Source of the DNA: Candidatus Woesearchaeota archaeon
Lineage (GTDB): Archaea > Nanobdellota > Nanobdellia > Woesearchaeales > JACQSR01
Direction of reading: 5' to 3'
NCBI GenBank assembly: GCA_016211215.1
Contig: JACQSR010000026.1
Location: 1-62,705, forward strand
Length of the DNA: 62,705 nt
Shown here: positions 56,925-62,705 of the stretch, in pieces
How positions within the stretch are numbered: the stretch's first letter is position 1
How the letters are laid out: every line of letters starts with the position of its first letter
Notes under the pieces: generated by a model
What the model was told of the DNA's origin: nothing
Seen by the model: the letters and a program-made list of their open reading frames with translations, nothing else
The model's database searches: none
Made by a program: the position numbers and the translations under genes

Positions 56925-57305
56925 ATGGCAAAGTCACAAAGAAGGGCATACGCCAAGGAAACTGGCAAGAAGTACAGGCCCTACAGGAAGAAGAGGCTGA
57001 ATGAGCTGGGCAGCGACCCGACATTCACAAAGATTGGAGAGAAGAGGCTGGGGGTTGTTCGTGTAAAGGGTGGAAGCTCCAAGAGGAAGCTGTTTTCATC
57101 GAACGTTGCAAACGTTTTCAACCAAAAGACAAAGAAATATGAGAAGGCAGTGATAAAGACTGTTTTGGACAACCCTGCCGACAGGAACCTTGTCAGGCGA
57201 AACATCATGACGAAAGGCGCGATAATCGATACTGACAAGGGCAAGGCAAGAATCACTTCAAGGCCAGGACAGGATGGCGCTGTTAATGCAGTACTTGTTT
57301 CTTGA
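56925..57305 (+). CDS. rps8e: 30S ribosomal protein S8e
   Basis: KKRLNELG, NIMTKGAII, ITSRPGQDGAVNAV; start moved to ATG 56925. Confidence 0.95.
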   Translation: MAKSQRRAYAKETGKKYRPYRKKRLNELGSDPTFTKIGEKRLGVVRVKGGSSKRKLFSSNVANVFNQKTKKYEKAVIKTVLDNPADRNLVRRNIMTKGAIIDTDKGKARITSRPGQDGAVNAVLVS

Positions 57306-57310
57306 TTTTC

Positions 57311-57985
57311 ATGGGCAATGAAAATAAAACTATTTTGATTTACAATCTTTTGCTGAGCCGCTTTGGGCGCCAGGGCTGGTGGCCGGTTCAGTCAGAACGC
57401 CATTCTTACCATCCAGGAAACTATTCTTTCCCTAAAAACAGCGGCGGGTGTTTCGAAATCTGCGTTGGGGCCATACTAACCCAAAACACAAGCTGGAAGA
57501 ACGTCGAATCAGCGCTCTTGTCTTTGCGCAGGCATAATTCGCTTTCGCCCGAAGCCATAAAAGATATGCCGCAGAAAAAGCTTGCAGCCATCATACGCTC
57601 TTCAGGATACCACAACCAAAAGGCGAAAAAATTAAAGGCTTTTGTTGATTTTTACCTGAAAAAGGAACACCCGGCAAGGGAATCGCTTCTTGCAATCTGG
57701 GGCATCGGTCCGGAAACAGCAGATTCAATGCTCCTTTATGCGTACAAGGCACCCATATTCGTTGTCGATGCCTACACGAGAAGGATTATGGGCAGAATAG
57801 GCTACAAGCAATCCTCATACGAAGAGCTTCAGAAGCTTTTCATGGACAATCTTCCCGGCGATTACAGGCTCTTCAACGAATATCATGCACTGCTTGTCGA
57901 GCTCGGCAAGACAACATGCAGGAAGAAGCCCAACTGCGGTATTTGTCCGTTGAAACGGATTTGTGACTTTCCAAAGTCAAATTAA
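57311..57985 (+). CDS. Endonuclease III-related HhH-GPD protein with [4Fe-4S] motif
   Basis: GAILTQNTSW, GIGPETAD, VVDAY, C-X6-C-X2-C-X5-C. Confidence 0.9.
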   Translation: MGNENKTILIYNLLLSRFGRQGWWPVQSERHSYHPGNYSFPKNSGGCFEICVGAILTQNTSWKNVESALLSLRRHNSLSPEAIKDMPQKKLAAIIRSSGYHNQKAKKLKAFVDFYLKKEHPARESLLAIWGIGPETADSMLLYAYKAPIFVVDAYTRRIMGRIGYKQSSYEELQKLFMDNLPGDYRLFNEYHALLVELGKTTCRKKPNCGICPLKRICDFPKSN

Positions 57986-58406
57986 ACGCCCCCATTTACA
58001 AAAAGTTTTTATACTTGGTGGTTTACTTTTCCGTAAGAGGTGGTGTCTTATCGGATACATTAATGAAGAGCTCGACGAAGGAAGCCTGAAAGAAAAGTTT
58101 TCTACGTTGCAGAAGCTATTCCTTGATCTGCAAACTCGTGTGGTGTCAGGGCAAATTGATGAAAGGCTTGGAAAGAATGTCTCTGATTTTTTAAACACTC
58201 TCGGAAAAATTTCGAAGGAAGCCAGAGAAATCTCTGAAACTAACACTAGAGCAATACGCCATTATGTAGACCTTACTACCCCCTCCAAAAAGGACCTTGA
58301 TAGGCTAGCAATGCTCCAAAGAAACGGCGCTAACCTCAATTCATTTACCTTTCGCCTTGTTGATCTAAAAATAAAAGCTAATATACTTGCTAGCAGATTC
58401 CACTGA
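57963..58406 (+). CDS. Hypothetical helical protein (AT-rich; true start uncertain, probably near 58040)
   Basis: Open frame with helical composition; no recognised motif. Confidence 0.4.
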   Translation: MTFQSQIKRPHLQKVFILGGLLFRKRWCLIGYINEELDEGSLKEKFSTLQKLFLDLQTRVVSGQIDERLGKNVSDFLNTLGKISKEAREISETNTRAIRHYVDLTTPSKKDLDRLAMLQRNGANLNSFTFRLVDLKIKANILASRFH

Positions 58407-58824
58407 GGATAGAAACCCCACATTCTTCATAGCTTATTATTCCGGCGCTTAAAAGTGCTTCTAACGCTTTTTCCCTCTTTTCAAAGAATGGATACACTTC
58501 CTTATTTAATTTCAGAAGAGTATTAAGCCAGTAGCTCCTTTGAGAACTGCTCATTCTACTTATTGCCTCACCTCTGAAAGTTTCTCCTAAAACAAGCCAA
58601 GCTGCCTGAATCTCAACATTCTCAAACGAATCGGCGATGTCAAACCTTAGTTGTGGTTTCTTATCTGCTGGTGTTTGCCGATATGTTTCAGCTGCAGTGC
58701 AAAAGCGTGGATAATACTTCTCAAGATCATAAGGTGTAACATTAAATGGGCTCTCTTTTACGCCTAGAGTTTCCCCTGCTTCACGCAACGCTGCCCTGAC
58801 ATCTTCTGCAATATCAGACACCAT
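58390..58824 (-). CDS. Hypothetical protein (AT-rich accessory region)
   Basis: 144-aa ORF with ATG preceded by GGGGG. Confidence 0.55.
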   Translation of the reverse strand: MVSDIAEDVRAALREAGETLGVKESPFNVTPYDLEKYYPRFCTAAETYRQTPADKKPQLRFDIADSFENVEIQAAWLVLGETFRGEAISRMSSSQRSYWLNTLLKLNKEVYPFFEKREKALEALLSAGIISYEECGVSILSGIC

Positions 58825-58970
58825 AACCCCCCAAAATATGTTAAAGGGGTGTAGTGGAATCTCTTTTATAAAGCTTTGTTAGCTTGTCACTCTCAAGTAG
58901 TCTCCCAATATCCGGTAGCCAACCATATAAAATAAATACCTTTAAATAACTCCCAATCAAGATTTCCACC

Positions 58971-59627
58971 ATGTACCTTCCATTGCTTGTGTGGATAATA
59001 CTGATTGTCCTTGGAGTTATTCTAATCTTTTCTTTCATTCACAGCATCTTCAGGGCCTTTCTAACCCTTTTCACTTTTGTGCTGCTTGCAACCGTTGTTG
59101 TTGCTCTTGTAACAGGAATCCGTGTTTACGGCGATTTCCAGGATTTGAGCAGGGACGTTGAAAACTCAAGCACACTTTACGTCCTTTCCATCGACGACAA
59201 AATAGTGGCTGGTTTTGAAAAAGATAAGGATAAGATAAGCCCATTGGATGAAAAAGCATTAGGCACATATAATGTTCCAAATCCTGCTTTAAACAGCAGG
59301 CAGTTTGTCATAACCGAGCAGGCATTGGACAATCTGGCACCGGAAAGCGTGAGCTTTGGCGGAAAAACTCTGGGCTACGCTGAAGCAAAGGAATTGCTGA
59401 AGTCCGATTCGCCCTATAAGAGCCAGCTGTTCGTGCTTTTGCTTGGCAGCTCAGAAAATGGCCTCTCTTTTTTCATGGAAATAAATTCCGGAAACATACT
59501 TGCATACCCCAAATCCCCTTCAATTGATTTCATCGAAAAGATGCCTGCCTCATTCGCCAGAAAGCAGTTGGCCAATCTAAGGGAAAAAATCACCGAAAAG
59601 GCAGTCAGCTACGGGAAGGGAGTGTAA
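58971..59627 (+). CDS. Membrane-anchored hypothetical protein
   Basis: Two N-terminal TM helices and a soluble domain. Confidence 0.65.
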   Translation: MYLPLLVWIILIVLGVILIFSFIHSIFRAFLTLFTFVLLATVVVALVTGIRVYGDFQDLSRDVENSSTLYVLSIDDKIVAGFEKDKDKISPLDEKALGTYNVPNPALNSRQFVITEQALDNLAPESVSFGGKTLGYAEAKELLKSDSPYKSQLFVLLLGSSENGLSFFMEINSGNILAYPKSPSIDFIEKMPASFARKQLANLREKITEKAVSYGKGV

Positions 59628-59628
59628 C

Positions 59629-59988
59629 ATGTCTCTTTTGGACAAGCTGAAGTTCTGGAAGAAAGAGCCGGTCTTGGACCTTGGTCCGGAGCCTGAACTA
59701 GGTCTGGAGTTTGGAAGGGGCTATGAAAACAAGGATGCATTTGAGCAGGGTTTTCCTCAGGATAACCAGCCTTCCTGGCAAAATCCCATGCAGCACCCCC
59801 AGGGATTCCAGCAGCAATTCAGCCAGCCGCAGCAGACCTATACCCAATCAGACATACTCTCAAAAAACATTGAGGTTTTGTCAAGCAAGCTTGATGCGCT
59901 TAAGGCAACCCTTGACGCCATCAGCCAAAGGCTGGAAAATCTCGAGCAGATTGCGCGCTACGAGCAGAACAAGAGAAAAGGTTGGTAA
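59629..59988 (+). CDS. Hypothetical protein with Gln-rich linker and C-terminal coiled coil
   Basis: LLDKLKFWKK amphipathic start, QP-rich middle, IEVLSSKLDALKATLDAISQRL. Confidence 0.65.
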   Translation: MSLLDKLKFWKKEPVLDLGPEPELGLEFGRGYENKDAFEQGFPQDNQPSWQNPMQHPQGFQQQFSQPQQTYTQSDILSKNIEVLSSKLDALKATLDAISQRLENLEQIARYEQNKRKGW

Positions 59989-60417
59989 ATGAAACTCAGG
60001 CATGTGTTTGCAATTGCTGCGTCCGTTCTTCTTCTTGACCAGATATCCAAAATAATAGTTCTGAAGTTCATAGGTATTGGAAACGAAGTCAATATCTTCT
60101 CGTGGATGTCCTTGAATGTCTCCCTCAACAATGGCATTATTCTTGGTTTATTCAGGGGCGCAAATCTTCTGTTCGCCTTCATCACTCTTATAGTCCTGGG
60201 TATTGCGCTTTTCTATATAGACCGGCTTGAGCCTTACTATCTAATTCCTGCCGGGCTTATACTCGGAGGGGGTATTGGAAATCTCATTGACAGGATTTTT
60301 CATTCAGCTGTCGTGGATTTCATTGACCTCAGGGTATGGCCGGTATTCAACATTGCAGACAGCGCCATCTCAATTGGGGTGATAGCATCATTATACCTCT
60401 TGTGGAAATACGATTAG
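59989..60417 (+). CDS. lspA: Signal peptidase II (lipoprotein signal peptidase)
   Basis: LDQISK, NNG, GGGIGNLIDR, VVDFI and FNIAD catalytic aspartates. Confidence 0.92.
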   Translation: MKLRHVFAIAASVLLLDQISKIIVLKFIGIGNEVNIFSWMSLNVSLNNGIILGLFRGANLLFAFITLIVLGIALFYIDRLEPYYLIPAGLILGGGIGNLIDRIFHSAVVDFIDLRVWPVFNIADSAISIGVIASLYLLWKYD

Positions 60418-60424
60418 AACTCCA

Positions 60425-60844
60425 TCAATTCTTCTTTGCCGGCCTTTTCTTCGGAGGCACTTCAATCTCCTCAATGCCCTCTTCTTCGGCCTCGGTAAGG
60501 TAATCTTCCCTTTTTCCGATGCTTATGGCGCTAAGCAGAAATCCAAGTGCAGAGGCTATTGCAGCAACTGAAACTGAAGCATCAATCCCCCTGAAAAGGT
60601 AAATTACCGCCATATTCAGGAAAGTAAGGGCAAATGAAATTGACAGCAGTATAAATCCCCACCTCATCGCATTGAAGGCAGCAATCAGAGATACAAACGC
60701 AACTGCAATTAGGAACAAAACAACAATAAATTCAGCATAAAAGACTGCCCTCTTTAACTCAAACGCCTTGGATATCAGGCCTATAAACACCGCAAGCAAA
60801 ACCACATCCAGAAACATCAGCGTAATCCTTTTTGCCTTTTCCAT
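60425..60844 (-). CDS. Four-TM membrane protein with acidic/basic tail
   Basis: Four hydrophobic helices. Confidence 0.65.
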   Translation of the reverse strand: MEKAKRITLMFLDVVLLAVFIGLISKAFELKRAVFYAEFIVVLFLIAVAFVSLIAAFNAMRWGFILLSISFALTFLNMAVIYLFRGIDASVSVAAIASALGFLLSAISIGKREDYLTEAEEEGIEEIEVPPKKRPAKKN

Positions 60845-60925
60845 TCATCTGGAAATAAACCCGGATTATATTTAAGTATTTCTATGCTGAAGTAATGACA
60901 ACTGTAGTCTCTTTTCGATGGCTAT

Positions 60926-61270
60926 CTAGAACTCCTCAAAATCTTCCAATTTGGAAAGGTAGCCTTTGGACTTCAGGAAGGAAAGCTGGGCTTTGCTGTA
61001 CTTAAACACAATATCTCCCTTTTCATCCCCAAGGAACTCCCACGGCTCCACAATCACCAAATCACCCTCTTTAACCCACAAAGTGCGCTTAAGCCTGCCG
61101 GGAATCCTGCATATCCTGAGTTTTCCATCGAGGCATCTTACGCGCATCCTCGAGCCCCCCAATCTTTGCTCCAAAATTCCGAAGCATTGCTTGTCCCGTG
61201 GAGTCTTTATCCTGCTTATCTGCTGCTCGTATTCTTCCTTGCGCTCCTGCTCTTCCTTCTTTTTGCTCAT
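60926..61270 (-). CDS. eif1a: Translation initiation factor 1A
   Basis: [33 protein letters not shown]. Confidence 0.95.
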   Translation of the reverse strand: MSKKKEEQERKEEYEQQISRIKTPRDKQCFGILEQRLGGSRMRVRCLDGKLRICRIPGRLKRTLWVKEGDLVIVEPWEFLGDEKGDIVFKYSKAQLSFLKSKGYLSKLEDFEEF

Positions 61271-61367
61271 AGCCAGAAAAAAGTTATTTCCATTTATAAG
61301 GCTTTAGCTTAACAGAAATGCTGCATTAAAGCATAAATTATTTAAACCAATCAGGGAAAACAACAAA

Positions 61368-62303
61368 ATGGAAAAAAAGAGCCAGGAGTATCCAAAGACA
61401 AGATGGGTGCTTCTCCTCATTGTGCTTGCAGTTATTGTTGCAGTAGGAATATTGTTCATAGGAATCTTTGCGTACATATTCAATTCACCCGGCAAATCCC
61501 TAACCGGAAATGGAAATGTTGCCCTTATCAGGGTGGAAGGCGTGATACTTTCCGAAGGCCAGTCACTTTTTGGCTCAGGCATAGCCTCTTCATCTGATAT
61601 TTCATCCTTTATAGAAGAAGCTTCCGAAGACTCAGGCATCGATGCAATAATACTCGAAATAAACAGCCCAGGCGGCTCCGCAGTGGCATCCGACGAGATT
61701 GTTTCTGCCCTGAAGAAAGTCAAGAAGCCAAAAGTTTCCTTCATCAGGGAAGTTGGGGCGTCTGGCGCGTACTGGGTTGCATCCTCAACTGACCACATTG
61801 TCGCAAACAGGATGTCCATAACCGGCTCCGTTGGCGTAATAAGTTCCTACCTTGAGTTCGCCGGATTATTGAATGATTACAACATAACCTACCGCCGCCT
61901 GGTTGCGGGAAAATACAAGGACATAGGAAGCCCCTTTCGTGAGCTTAGCAATGACGAGCAGTCCATACTTCAGGAGCAGCTTGACGAGGTACATTCAATA
62001 TTCCTTTCTGAAGTATCCGAGAACAGGCACCTGACAAGACCTCAAATCAATGAAATATCTACTGGCATTTTCTTCATCGGGCAGCGTGCAAAGGAGCTTG
62101 GTCTCGTTGATGAGCTGGGCGGCAAAGACGAGGCAATAGCCTACCTGGAAAACAGGCTGAACGCCACGGTAAACATCGTGGAATACAAGAAGCAGCCGAC
62201 ATTTTCGGACTTGCTCACCGGCCTTGTTGCAAAAAATTCTTTCCTGATAGGGAAGGGAATAGGCTCGGCACTGCAGGAAAGCAGGCTTGTTTTATACACC
62301 TAA
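61368..62303 (+). CDS. sppA: Signal peptide peptidase SppA (S49)
   Basis: INSPGGS, ASGAYW, GSVGV, GKYKD, GLVDELG. Confidence 0.93.
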   Translation: MEKKSQEYPKTRWVLLLIVLAVIVAVGILFIGIFAYIFNSPGKSLTGNGNVALIRVEGVILSEGQSLFGSGIASSSDISSFIEEASEDSGIDAIILEINSPGGSAVASDEIVSALKKVKKPKVSFIREVGASGAYWVASSTDHIVANRMSITGSVGVISSYLEFAGLLNDYNITYRRLVAGKYKDIGSPFRELSNDEQSILQEQLDEVHSIFLSEVSENRHLTRPQINEISTGIFFIGQRAKELGLVDELGGKDEAIAYLENRLNATVNIVEYKKQPTFSDLLTGLVAKNSFLIGKGIGSALQESRLVLYT

Positions 62304-62705
62304 GTCCATGCTTCTTATCTCTTTGAAGTCGATTACCTTCTTGTGGTCTTCCTGAATGCGCGGGCATGCAGTTGCAACAAAGAAATCTATGAAGGGGAAA
62401 TCCTCAAGGTATCCCGGCTGCAGTGTGTCAAAGAGAAATGTGTAGAAAATCTTTTCAGGATATTTTCTTTTAAGCTCGTCAACCCACACGGTGTTGAACT
62501 GCCCCGGCTTTGTTGAGATTAATATTCCTATGTTTTTTGCGTGCAGGAATCTTATAATTTTTACCCTGTTCTGCTTCTTTATCCTGTCTGCATCCTTCCT
62601 GACATCCCATGAGAACTCGCCGTTTTCCGGATTAAGGCAGAAGACAGGCTTGTCGGTCTCCAATGCAACTGCAATAGGATGGAATTTTCCGCTTCCGATG
62701 TAAAG
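62292..62705 (-). CDS. dph2: Diphthamide synthesis protein Dph2, partial (5' end beyond the window)
   Basis: The frame stays open to the window edge: LYIGSGKFHPIAVAL...ISTKPGQ...ATACPRI. Confidence 0.88.
   Translation of the reverse strand, partial: LYIGSGKFHPIAVALETDKPVFCLNPENGEFSWDVRKDADRIKKQNRVKIIRFLHAKNIGILISTKPGQFNTVWVDELKRKYPEKIFYTFLFDTLQPGYLEDFPFIDFFVATACPRIQEDHKKVIDFKEIRSMDLGV

Noticed and set aside
58841-59038. 65-aa minus-strand ORF
   Set aside because: It overlaps the start of the 58971 gene and covers an AT-rich divergent promoter region

Overview
Archaeal chromosome segment, most likely DPANN (Woesearchaeota-like). The domain call rests on TFB, aIF2-gamma, aIF1A, eS1/eS6/eS8/eS17/eL37/uL16, Alba, Sm and Dph2. 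The DPANN call is inference from AMP phosphorylase, GyrB, LspA, pilin-like paralogues and small acidic proteins. The window holds about 80 CDS, including riboflavin genes (ribA, ribD, ribB, ribL), a partial de novo purine cluster (purL-Q-S-E-C-suhB-purB-purM), folC, argS, hom, tpiA, a K+-independent H+-PPase and an NfnAB-like pair with thioredoxin. It also holds four minus-strand tRNA genes, three with introns. Most notable: (1) tRNA-Ser(GGA) with two introns, one at the non-canonical 53/54 position in the T-arm; (2) a short GAGCGAAGCGA-type motif recurring in two tRNA introns and several intergenic hairpins; (3) an NfnAB-like pair with degenerate cofactor motifs coupled to NYN and thioredoxin; (4) a winged-helix domain fused to PurB, next to internally duplicated PurE and PurS; (5) an integrase-less HEPN/HTH-MNT island bounded by a decayed copy of the tRNA-Ser 3' end, with three palindromic operators; (6) an RsuA/RluB-family pseudouridine synthase with the catalytic Asp replaced by Glu; (7) a bacterial-type LspA with three lipobox proteins. 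All family calls come from motif recognition by eye; no database searches were run.
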